This document shows, piece after piece, positions 27,001-38,475 of a stretch of 64,000 nt of DNA. Position 1 is the first letter of the stretch. Each line of letters starts with the position of its first letter. The DNA comes from Tricharina praecox (Eukaryota): assembly GCF_024521635.1 (NCBI RefSeq), contig NW_026250413.1, forward strand, positions 558,001 to 622,000. Reading direction: 5' to 3'. The position numbers and the translations under genes are program-made. A model generated the notes under the pieces. It was given only the letters and a program-made list of their open reading frames with translations, was not told the DNA's origin and ran no database searches.

Positions 27001-29490
27001 GCCAACCCGGCCCGCGCGGAATTGACGGCGGGGAAGGATGGGATGGAGTCCGGATTGGGTGTGGGTGGTGGTGGTGGTGGTGGTGGTAGAGTAGATTAGT
27101 GGTGGTGGGTGAGATGGCTGGGGGAGGGGGGGGCGACGACGTGGGAACTCGGCACCGTGCATGCGTGCCTGGCTGGCCTGGCTGGCTGGCTTATGTCGCC
27201 GACGTCGTCGCCACTTTTCCCTCTGCTCGGAACCAACGCAAGGCTCACTCGGTGCTGGTGGGTATGTAGAGTACGTAGAGTACGGACATACCACAGAGTA
27301 AGTTTGGCATGTTTTCGTTCGTAACCGGGTAAGAAGAAGCAGAAGAAGATGAAGAGGCCGACCAACCAGGAAGGGAAAACACAAGCGGTGGGGGTGCGAT
27401 GCCGGGCCGGTGCCGGTGGTGGTATGTAATCGTTTACGTATCTCGGTCACCGGGCGCTGCGACGAGGGAGGCTGGAACTGAGAGGCTGGGTTGGCGCCGA
27501 AGATGGGTTACCTGAGGATCTGCCTCTTTCGGTGTGCTGTGTCAGATGGAAACCACTTGCGTGCGCGCGGGGAAGACACGCGAGAGAGAGACAAAGAGAA
27601 GAGAGAGATGGAGAGAGAGAGAGCTGCCTCGCCGGGCTCGCGGGTATCAGAATATCGCGCATCCCAAGCGAAACGGAGAATGCTCGAGGGCAGACGTAAG
27701 AGGTGTCCCGATCTTGCGATGATGACGATGATGATGATGGTGCTGATGTTTCCCTCCCGGTCCTCCCCTCGATACTCTACATACCCCTCCATCCACCCCC
27801 CTCCACTCCCACCCCTCCCTCCTTCCCTCTTCCCCGTCGTCTCATCCACACCCCCCACCACCCTCGCGTCGCCTCGCCTGCGGGGCAGCCGGAAAAACCT
27901 CCCTCCAACAACAGCCGCAGGATAGAGAGAGAGAGAGAGAGACAGAGAGAGACACCCTCTACGCCAGCTGCAGAGAAACTTCTTCTGCAGCGGCAAGCAT
28001 GATCCACTGCTGCGGTCGAGTTGCGAATCCCAGCAAGGCGTAAGGTAAGGTCAGTTAAGGTGTATGCGTATGTGTGTGTGTGTAGAGTGCAACTCCCGAG
28101 ACTGGCCCCACGCGGTCTCTCCGTCTGGAGCTTCGAGCTTCGGGGTTTGAGCTTCGACGTCGCCGCGAGCCAACCGGACCGTACCGTCACGCAGACTTGT
28201 CTGCCTGCCTGCCTGCCTGCATACGGTACGTACTCGTATGTGGGTGGTGGGCTATGTACCAACCACGGTAGTAGGTGAGCAAGTACCATCAACGTTCCCA
28301 TCAACGTACCCATCAACCCACGTCCATCATCCGCCTATGGGATATGCACGGAGTGCATCCCGTCTTGCATCTTGCCTCTTGCGAGTTGCATCTTGCAGTG
28401 TGTAGAAGAAGCTTGTCTTGTGTCTTGTCTCTGAGCGAATTCAGCTCCACTCCAGCCGTGCATCCACTGTGGGCACTGTGTGGTCCCCGAATCCTCCTCC
28501 CGCCGCACCGCGCCGTACCGCGCCGCGTGATGTCGTGTGTATGTGTGTGCGTGAGCATGTATGTGCGTGAGCTCTTTTTTGCCCTCTACCGTAGGTACGC
28601 GGGCGCCGGGTACGGTGATGCACACTGCACACTGCACCCTTCGCCGACGCTGCGCATGGCCACACCCCACGCCGTGCGTAGATGTTCGGATCGAGATTCG
28701 AGAGTGCGGTGCAGTGGGGGTCAGTAGAGGGAATTCGGTACTTGGATACATCATACATGCCCAAATACCTACGCCACCGGAGACGAATCTCGACAGACGC
28801 AGGGCTTCCCTCCAGCATCCAGTGCCCAGCATCCAAAGTCCACATACTACCTACATAGTGCCGTAGGTGATTGGGTAGAGAACATGTAGTACGAGTACAG
28901 TAGGTAGAGTACCGTACCTCCAGCCCCATAGATACATCCATCCCTCCCTTGCGTTGCCTACCGGATACATACATTATGTACATACACACATACGCCTCCA
29001 GCTCTCGTGTCCACATTTCCAGCTTCCAGCTTCCGGCTCCCTGCGGACTTCCTGCCCCCCACTACCCCCCTGTGCAGATTATCGTCTGGTCCTCGTCCTT
29101 GATCGCGGGGTCGACGGGAGTGGGAGGGGGTCGACGGGAGTGGGTGGCTGAGTGAGTGTTTGGGAATGTGAGTGATGGTCCATGTAGGAGTCGGTAGGTA
29201 AGCATGGACTGTCTGGCCGGTCCTTCAAGGCTCATCCAACCACAGACAACTCCAGTTCTAGTTCTCGGTGTACGACTGTAACTGCTACATAGCCAAGTAC
29301 TTGGTACTACTCCCTCATTCCCCGCGGCGGGGCCGTGGTGGGCTGGTCGTAATGGGTGGATTGATTACATCTACGTAGAACGTCGCACGGGGCTCTCTCT
29401 ATCTAGAATACCTAGAGCATCTAGTAACCCAGAGTACTCTACCCAAAGCTCGCCAAGTTCCAACCGTTCCAACAGCTCCAACAGCTCCAA

Positions 29491-29612
29491 CTCCACGATA
29501 CTCTAGTTACAGGTCTAGTACCTGGGCGTTGGTAACTGCTCCATACTCCACGATAGCCACTCCACGATAGCTTCCACGATAGTTACAGGTCTAGTACCTG
29601 GGCGTTGGTAAC
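29491..29612. repeat. 33-bp direct repeat (29504-29536, 29580-29612) interleaved with TCCACGATA repeats
   Basis: TAGTTACAGGTCTAGTACCTGGGCGTTGGTAAC twice; TCCACGATA four times. Confidence 0.9.
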
Positions 29613-30018
29613 CACTATTTACCATACCATACCTTACCAGACTCTACTACTACCAACTCTGGTATCGTACCAACCCAGCTTCTTTTCTTCTTTCTGTGGG
29701 CGGCAAAACAATTGTGGTGGAGGTGGAGGGGGGGTGGAGGGGGGGGGGGGGGGCTGGATACGATGTCGCGGGGTGGTAGAGCAGAGTGGCATATCACACA
29801 GTCGCGTCATCGGTAGCACAGACGGCCGATTTCAATCAGGACTCAGGGAAGACGCGGACTTGAACGTGAGCGCGAATTCTTCAGCGAATTCCATCATATT
29901 TCATTGGATGGACATGCATGCTTCTGGATTTCAGGGTGGATTTCAGGATGGAGGAGCAACAAGCGGTGGAGGAAGAGCAAGAGGTCGGGGAAGGTGGGAT
30001 GCAAGTGTGCTACACAGC

Positions 30019-30167
30019 GGCAAAGGCAAAGGCAAAGGCAGAGGCAGAGGCAGAGGCAGAGGCAAAGGCAAAGGCAAAGGCAAAGGCAAAGGCAAAGGCA
30101 AAGGCAAAGGCAAAGGCAAAGGCAAAGGCAAAGGCAAAGGCAAAGGCAAAGGCAAAGGCAAAGGCAA
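30019..30167. repeat. Hexanucleotide microsatellite (GGCAAA)n with an internal GGCAGA block, about 25 units
   Basis: Read directly. It generates the spurious poly-KG/QR/KA/LC/LP ORFs. Confidence 0.98.
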
Positions 30168-33100
30168 GGAATAGCAGGGATCGCGATCGAACCGAAGAAG
30201 CGATTTTGCATTTGCCTTTGCCTTTGCCTCGCTGGAGTCGGCTCTGGAGTCTAGATGCTACTCGCGAGAGAGTCTCTCTCTCGAGTCGAGCGTATCCTTT
30301 TCTTTTCCTTTTCCTTTTCCTTTTTCTTTCCGTTTCGAGAGTGGTACATAGAAAAGAAAAAACAAAACGCGTTCGTATTGGGATATCTCGGCCTGGTGGT
30401 GCCGAATTCTGGTTCCTACCGTATGGACAGTACGTTCTGGGCTTGCCCGCTTGGTTCGGACTACCACAATGCTATGCTACATCCGCCGTCCCATCTAGCA
30501 TCCACTGAGAACTCTGGGTACCGTATGTACCGCTCGGGTTCCGTCCGGGTTGCGGCTGCGTCGAAGGCGTCGAAGAGCAATTGGAGGAGGTGGAGATGGA
30601 ATCGCCGACAGGAAGGTGCGATTGGATTGGCAAGGCAGGCAGGCAGGCATGTTGCACCGAACCGCCGTCTGGATTATATGATAGAGTACCCAGAGCAGAA
30701 TAGAGTATCTATAATTTCTATGAACTGGGGCCAGGGTTTTCGTCTCGTCTCGTCCCTTCAGGCTTCGTCACTTCGGGGACAAGTGACGAGAAGAGGAGGT
30801 CGAGGTCAAGGTCGACGTCGGCCTGCCTGCCTGAATCTCGCCCACCTGGGCATGTACTTCCTCCCTTGCGAGGAGTCCCCGCTCCTCCTCGGAGGAAAGA
30901 GCAAGACGACGAGGAAGGAAGCAAAGCGTTGAAACAAAAGTCGAAACCGAAACGTCTTGGTACCAAGTATTCTACATAATGTAATTTATTTGCCTGCGAT
31001 CGCGAACGACAGGTTGGTTTGCACATACAGCGTTACCTGGTAGCCAAGCAGTTACAGTACTGTAAGTACCGCGCGCCGTGGAGTAGAGTAGAGTGTAGGT
31101 TCATACCCCCCCCCTCCTCCCCCCACCTCCACGCGTAGTTACCGAGCCTATATACCTCGACCTGCCTGTTCGTTATCCTATACCACCCCTCCCCCTCCCC
31201 CTCCCCCTCCCTCCTTACTTCCTTTCGAGCTTCACATCACCATGTTCGCAGTTCCTTCGGATTGGTTGCGAACTGCAAACTGCAAACTACGATCATGAGG
31301 ATCATGAGGAGTGGAGGGGCAGAGTGGGCGGCCAGACGGACTGACGGATGAAGTGGGGGGGCTGGGAAAGCGCATCATTGACGGGTCATATGTACGCAGT
31401 TCAATTCCCAGACCAGACCAGAGGTAACCTTTCCACCTTTCCATTCCTCGTCTGCCTGCCTGCCTGTCTGCGTGCGTGCGTGCGTGCGCATCGAAAGTTT
31501 GGATTCTGGATTCTGGATACTGGATACTGGGAAGCCAAACAAAAAGGATATATCTAGAGTATTGTCCGCAGTGGTGGTGTGATGCTGGTGGAAGTGGTGG
31601 TGTGTGCGCAGATTGAGTTCTTCCATGGCAAATCTGGCCAATCTATCTACATAATTTACACTACATACACTACATAACGTACTGTACTGGCTTCACTACG
31701 TCTACGTGCAGCAGCAGCAGCAGCAGCAGTTGTGTGTGCGGTGTGTGCGATGTGCGGTAATCCTTCTCGGTCGATTACCATCTTATCTGGGGATTGATCG
31801 TACCGGTTCCACCATGCCATGCTATGGGCATCATTGCCATCAATGGATACCACTGTGCGGCACCGCGGATACCGTGGCGAGTGTGCGGAGCACCCGTAGT
31901 TACATACAAGCGGAGAGCAGAGAGCAGAGAGCACAGAAGCTTCCGAGCGCAACGTTCGTATAATCATCGGCAGAGGAGGAGGAGTGGGTGGTGGTGGTAC
32001 CGGTTTGGTGGTAGTGGACGACGAGCTGGTGGTGGTGGCGGTATTGATGGTGGTGGTGGTGGTGGTGGTGGTGGTGGGTGAGATGACGGAGTTCGAAGCC
32101 CTCCTTCTACTCTACCGCACTCCATCACGATTCTTCCGGGGATGCGCGTTTTCCCGGAAATCGATATCATTTCATTATTTCTCATCTGCGTCCGGCTTCA
32201 TTTTTTTCTTCTTCTTTCCCTTCTTTCCCGGCTGGCTCTTGCTCTTGCTCTTGCTCTCCTCGCTCTTGTCCCTGTTCATCCGCGCCCGCATATGGAGATA
32301 TCTCGGGTGTCGAAGGTCATCTCTGCCCTGGTCTGCGCTCGTTGTGGTTGGCCGGGTCGCGCGGGAACGTAAACGGGCAACTGATTCTGATTCTGATTGA
32401 TGGCCCGCTTGATACTCTAGATGGATGAGATGAACCGAGAATATTTTCTTTTCCTTTCTTTTCCTTTTCCTTTTCCTTTTTCCCTTTTTTTTTGTTGCCT
32501 TTCCCGGCGGCGGGCGGACGGGCTTTTGCGACTATGATACTGCTAGATAGTTACTACGGTACTACCACCACTGAACCACAGCTAATTCGAATCCAATGAC
32601 GCCGATTGGGATGTCAGACGGACGGCGCGGCGCCCTCCAACCAACCACGAGGCCCAATTGCTGATGGCCTCTGGGCTCTGGGCTCTGGGCGTCCTACATA
32701 TGTGAGTACCGGGTGTGGGTGTGGATGTGTGTGGGTGTGGGTGTGGGTGGGTGGTCGGGAAAGGGAAGTGGGATTTCAGCGGTGTGGGGGAGCGGTGGTT
32801 TGTGGTGGCGGCGACGGTGGTGGAGGATGGGTTCCACAGTGCTGTGCGTGGGGAGATATCCGGAGCTTCGCTTGGCTGGGCCATCCATCTCGCAAAACTC
32901 CTTGTTCGGCGAAACCGACCTGGACTTGCCTACTCTACTCCATGTAGTACTTCCTGCTCTGAGGGCTGACTGTGTGTGGTCCTGATCGTAGTTACCTCCA
33001 GGCTCCAAGTGCTCCAAGTGCGATACATCGCGGACTTTGCCCTGTCCTACATACACACATACTCGGGAGTCGGGTTCGGAGCGGGATGCTGATGGATGAG

Positions 33101-34470
33101 TGAGCGACTTCTTTCGCTCGTCTGTTCGTCCGCTCGTTCGTCCGTTCCTTCGCTCGTTCCCTCGTTCGTCCCTCCCTCCCTCACTTCGCAGGCGGCTCTC
33201 AACAAGCACCTGGCAGCTGGCTGGAGTTTACCTGCACGTATAGTACTCTACATACTCTAGATACTCTACCTTACTGCCGCCGGGGATTGCGATCGAACAT
33301 GGCATGGCATGGCATGCATGGATGGATGTATGGATGGATGGATGGATGGGGCGTGTTTTCGATGCGGCACTTTGCTACATACAAACATACATACCGCGAT
33401 AGATAGATAGACAGGTAGATAGCTGCTGCAGCAGCAGCTCCGTCGACAAGTCCGCCGCCACCACCGACCACCGACACCACCACCACCGACTTGTAAAGCG
33501 TGAAGCGTGAAGCGTGAAAGCCTCGACGCCGATGCGGAATAGTACGGATTCTTCTTCTGCACATCTACGCTGCCCTTAGGTGCTACTCTACATATCATAG
33601 ATACGCGCCCTCGAATCGTGAGCAGGTGTGTGTGTGTGTGTGTGTGTGTGTGCCTGTGTGTGTGCGGGTTGTTCGGCAGCAAGGAAGGGAAGGGAGGGAA
33701 GGATGGATGGATGCGATGTGATTGCTGCACCCCACTTCCGGGGCACTACGGGAGGCGGGCCAACATCTGGGGGAGTTTCTGTTTCTGTTTCTGTTCGTGT
33801 TTCTGCTCCGGCGCTCGGGGGTTGGAAATTTGGATTTGGATCCGGATCTGAATTTGAGGTTTTGGGTTGGGTTGGGATGGGTTGAGCTGGGTTGAGGCCA
33901 GTTGGGTTGGAAGGCCTCGTCCGAGTGTTGGACGTGTCTCTCTACCGTTCTGGCCAGGCCAAGATGAAGTCTCTTTTTTTTGTCTTCAGGCCAACTTGGC
34001 TTCTGCCATGGAGCGGGGGAGGGCTTCTGGCTTCTGGCTTCTGGCTTCTGGCTTCTGGCTTCGAGGTGAGCCAGAAACTGGGTCAGGGCTTCCTTCCACG
34101 GCCAGGCCGATGGCGAAATTCGCAAAACGACGAAAGAGACATCGGCGGCAAAGGCCGAGAGAGAGCTACATACACACGGAGAAGCGCATGAAAAGACAGA
34201 GATTGTCGCTTTCCTTTCACGCTAGCCGCTATCCGACTGATATCCATCGGCCACTGCATCACCGCGTCCGCGAAACAGAAGAGATCCCTTTCCGTCAGGT
34301 TTCTACAGGGTAGGCAAGTGAGTAGTAATAGCAGAGTAGCTATCGGTGATGATTTTCTGTTTGTGAGTTTTGCTTTTTTGTTAGGGCGAGTGCGTGCTAC
34401 CGGAGCCTGTTGTGGTTGCTGTTGTTGTTGTTGTGATGTGGAAACTCTGATGCCCGGGGGAGCAGGGCGA

Positions 34471-34630
34471 AGGATTCTGCTTCCCCGATACCCTCAGCAG
34501 GAGGAGGATGCCCCCCCGCAGACAGGAATCTGCTTCCCCGATAACCCCCAGCCGAAGGAGGACGCAGGATTCTGTGTCCCCGGTACCCCCCCGCAGGCAG
34601 AACTCTGCTTCCTCGATACCCCCCCGCAGG
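34471..34630. repeat. Four degenerate ~32-bp units (AGGATTCTGCTTCCCCGATACCCCCCCGCAGG-like) upstream of PMA1
   Basis: Units start at about 34471, 34524, 34566 and 34599. Confidence 0.85.
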
Positions 34631-35152
34631 CGCTATCTTGCTCCCGGCCGGTGGCCCACTAGGTCTGGTCTGCCCCTGCTCCCCTCTGCCCCTTCCGCCT
34701 TCTGTTCCGTTACCCTTGTCAGTGACGCTATCCTGCCCTCGCCAGTGTCCTTTGCCCCTGCCCTGTCTGCTGCCTGCCCTGGACTTGCATGCATTAGATA
34801 TTCCCTGACAACCCGTGTGGGTGTCGCTAGAGCAGAACCAACCCAGAAAAACTAATGTACTCACGCTAGCGCCGCCGCGAGCTCAGCAGAGTTCACCTCC
34901 CCCCAATGGTCGCAAAAACTCCACCGCGCCGCTCTTCCTGCCCCCCCCCCCAGAAAAAAAAGAAAAATAAAAGAAAAGAAAGAAAGAAAAAACTAGAGTA
35001 AACCAATTCCTTTTCCGCCGCTTCCCACAACCCTCCCCCCCCTCCCCACCCCCCCAGCGAACCCTTGCGCGCCCTGCCCTTCCCAATTCTGCTCTGCTGC
35101 TCACGCTCCATATCGCCCTGTTCGTGCTTCGAGCCGCCCGCCCCGACTCCAA

Positions 35153-35158
35153 TATAAA
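35153..35158 (+). promoter_or_regulatory. Probable PMA1 TATA box, preceded by A-tracts (34954-34992) and followed by a CT-rich stretch
   Basis: TATAAA about 400 bp upstream of the ATG, followed by a pyrimidine-rich tract typical of filamentous-fungal core promoters. Confidence 0.55.
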
Positions 35159-35550
35159 ACTCTCGTCTCGCCCGCCCTCATCCGTTTTCCTCTTTCCTTC
35201 TTCTCCTACCGTTCAGACGTGATTTCGACCGCCCTCCAAGATTTCTCACAAGTCATCTTCCCGGCAGAATCGCTTCCACGGTGGCCTCGCCAGATCAACA
35301 ACTCGGTTTATCCTTCCTCATCCCGCCCAATTAGCTTTTGTGTGGAATTAGATGGTGGATTTCGACCGCTTCCGGCGTTAAAGATCAAAGCAACCTCCTC
35401 AACAACTCAATTCGCTCCCCCCTCCCGCCAACAAAACTCCCCCTCACCCCTCAACTTCGACTCTTAATCAATCAATCCTCCCTCTCACCATAGTCGACTT
35501 TACCGCGACACCTTAATATCATCGCAAAAAACACCCCAAAAAAACTCACC

Positions 35551-38475
35551 ATGTCGGACGTTCGCCCAGCAGGGGCAACCACCCCCGACCGCCTCGGCAC
35601 CAACATCCCTCAAAGCGGCTTCTCCGATCCTGAGAAGCATGCAGTCAGCGAGAAGCCCGTTGCTCCTCTCGACGAGGACGACGATGACATCGAGGACATC
35701 GATGCTCTCATCGACGATCTCGAGTCCCAGGAAGGACAGGAGTACGCGGAGGACGATGAGGCCGTGGCTGGTTCCAGCGCTCGCCCCGTCCCCGAGGACC
35801 TCCTCCAGACGGATACCCGCATCGGTCTTACCTCGGCCGAAGTCGAGCAGAGACGACGAAAGTACGGTCTCAACCAGATGAAGGAGGAGAAGGAGAACAT
35901 GATTCTCAAGTTCCTCATGTACTTCGTCGGTCCCATTCAGTTCGTCATGGAGGTTAGTTCCCGCTCCCATTGCTGCCAATTGGCTGCTCCATTCCCCATT
36001 GTCTCCCATTGAACGCGTAACTAATCAATTCTCATCTAGGCTGCCGCTATTCTCGCTGCCGGTCTTCAGGATTGGGTCGATTTCGGTGTCATCTGTGCTC
36101 TTCTCTTGCTCAACGCCTGTGTCGGTTTCATCCAGGAATACCAGGCCGGTTCCATCGTCGACGAATTGAAGAAGACCCTCGCCCTCAAGGCTGTTGTTCT
36201 CCGTGACGGTCGTCTTACCGAGATCGAGGCCCCCCAGGTCGTTCCCGGTGATATCCTCCAGATCGAGGAAGGTACCATTGTTCCCGCCGACGGCCGTGTC
36301 GTCACCGAAGACGCTTTCCTCCAGGTTGACCAGTCTGCCATCACCGGTGAATCGCTCGCCGTCGACAAGCACAAGGGTGACCAGTGCTACGCTTCCTCCG
36401 CCATCAAGCGTGGTGAGGCCTTCATGGTCGTCACTGCCACTGGAGACAACACCTTCGTCGGTCGCGCCGCTGCTCTCGTCAACAAGGCTTCCGCCGGAAC
36501 TGGTCATTTCACTGAGGTTCTCAACGGTATCGGTACAGTTTTGCTTGTCCTCGTCGTCCTTACCCTTTTGGTCGTCTGGGTCGCATCCTTCTACCGCTCC
36601 AACGGAATTGTCCATATCCTCGAGTTCACCCTGGCCATCACCATCATCGGTGTCCCCGTCGGTCTTCCCGCTGTCGTCACCACCACCATGGCTGTCGGTG
36701 CCGCATACCTCGCCAAGAAGCAGGCTATCGTCCAGAAGCTTTCCGCCATTGAGTCCCTCGCTGGTGTTGAGATTCTCTGCTCCGACAAGACCGGTACCCT
36801 TACCAAGAACAAGCTCTCCCTGGCCGAGCCCTACACCGTCGAGGGTGTCGAGGCCGATGATCTCATGTTGACTGCCTGCTTGGCCGCTTCCCGCAAGAAG
36901 AAGGGTCTCGATGCCATCGACAAGGCCTTCCTCAAGTCTCTCCGTTTCTACCCCCGTGCCAAGAACGTTCTCTCCCGCTACAAGGTCCTCGAGTTCTTCC
37001 CCTTCGACCCCGTCTCCAAGAAGGTCACCGCCGTTGTCCAGTCTCCTCAGGGTGAGCGCATCATCTGTGTTAAGGGTGCCCCTCTCTTCGTGCTCCGTAC
37101 CGTCGAGGAGGACCACCCCATTCCCGAGGATGTCGCCAACGACTACAAGAACAAGGTCGCCGAGTTCGCTACCCGTGGTTTCCGTTCCCTTGGTGTTGCT
37201 CGCAAGCGTGGTGAAGGTCACTGGGAGATCCTCGGTATCATGCCTTGCTCTGACCCCCCTCGCCACGATACTGCCCGCACTGTCCACGAGGCCAAGGGTC
37301 TTGGTCTTTCCATCAAGATGTTGACTGGTGATGCCGTCGGTATTGCCCGTGAGACTTCCCGCCAGCTCGGACTCGGTACCAACATCTACAACGCTGAGAA
37401 GCTCGGTCTTTCCGGTGGTGGTGACATGCCCGGATCTGAGGTCTACGATTTCGTTGAGGCTGCCGATGGTTTCGCCGAGGTTTTCCCCCAGCACAAGTAC
37501 AATGTCGTCGAGATTCTCCAGCAGCGTGGTTACCTGGTTGCCATGACTGGTGACGGTGTCAACGATGCTCCCTCGCTCAAGAAGGCCGATACCGGTATTG
37601 CCGTCGAGGGTGCTTCCGATGCTGCCCGTTCCGCTGCCGATATCGTCTTCCTCGCCCCCGGTCTCTCTGCCATCATCGATGCCCTCAAGACTTCCCGCCA
37701 GATTTTCCACCGCATGTACGCCTACGTTGTCTACCGTATCGCTCTGTCCCTGCACTTGGAGATCTTCCTTGGTCTGTGGATTGCCATCCTCAACGAGTCC
37801 CTCAACCTGAACTTGGTCGTCTTCATCGCCATCTTCGCCGATATCGCTACCCTGGCCATTGCTTACGATAACGCGCCCTTCTCCAAGACCCCCGTCAAGT
37901 GGAACCTTCCCCGTCTTTGGGGTATGTCGTGTCTGCTCGGTATAGTTCTTGCTATCGGTTCCTGGATCACCCTTACCACCATGTTGGCCCACGGCCCCGA
38001 CGGTGGTATCGTCCAGAACTTCGGTAACCGCGACGAGGTCTTGTTCTTGGAGATCTCCCTCACTGAGAACTGGCTTATCTTCATCACCCGTGCCAACGGT
38101 CCCTTCTGGTCTTCGATCCCTTCGTGGCAGTTGTCCGGTGCCATCTTCTTGGTCGACATCATCGCTACCTTCTTCTGTCTCTTCGGTTGGTTCCTTGGTG
38201 GCGAGCAGACTTCCATCGTCGCCGTCGTTCGTATCTGGATCTTCTCCTTCGGTGTCTTCTGCGTCATGGCTGGTGTTTACTACCTCCTCCAGGACTCCGT
38301 CGCATTCGATAACCTCATGGTAAGCTTACTCTCTTCTTGCTATACATCTCTTGAACATACACTAACACCCTCCCAGCACGGAAAGACCCCTAAGAAGGAC
38401 TCAAAGAAGCGCTCCCTGGAGGACTTCGTTGTTTCCCTCCAGCGTGTGTCCACTCAGCACGAGAAGTCGACATAG
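35551..38475 (+). CDS. PMA1: Plasma membrane H+-ATPase (P3A-type); exons 35551-35952, 36040-38319, 38377-38475
   Basis: [15 protein letters not shown] phosphorylation motif, KGAP, DPPR, MLTGD and [15 protein letters not shown]. The C-terminus is [19 protein letters not shown]. Very strong codon bias. Confidence 0.99.

Noticed and set aside
29605..30508. ORFs with poly-KG, QR, KA, LC and LP tracts
   Set aside because: All derive from the GGCAAA microsatellite
36025..37992. 655-aa antisense ORF to PMA1 (similar ones opposite CIT1, the Ssr4-like gene, GLC3 and ATP2)
   Set aside because: Expected by-product of strong sense-strand codon bias (few TTA/CTA/TCA codons); no domain of its own
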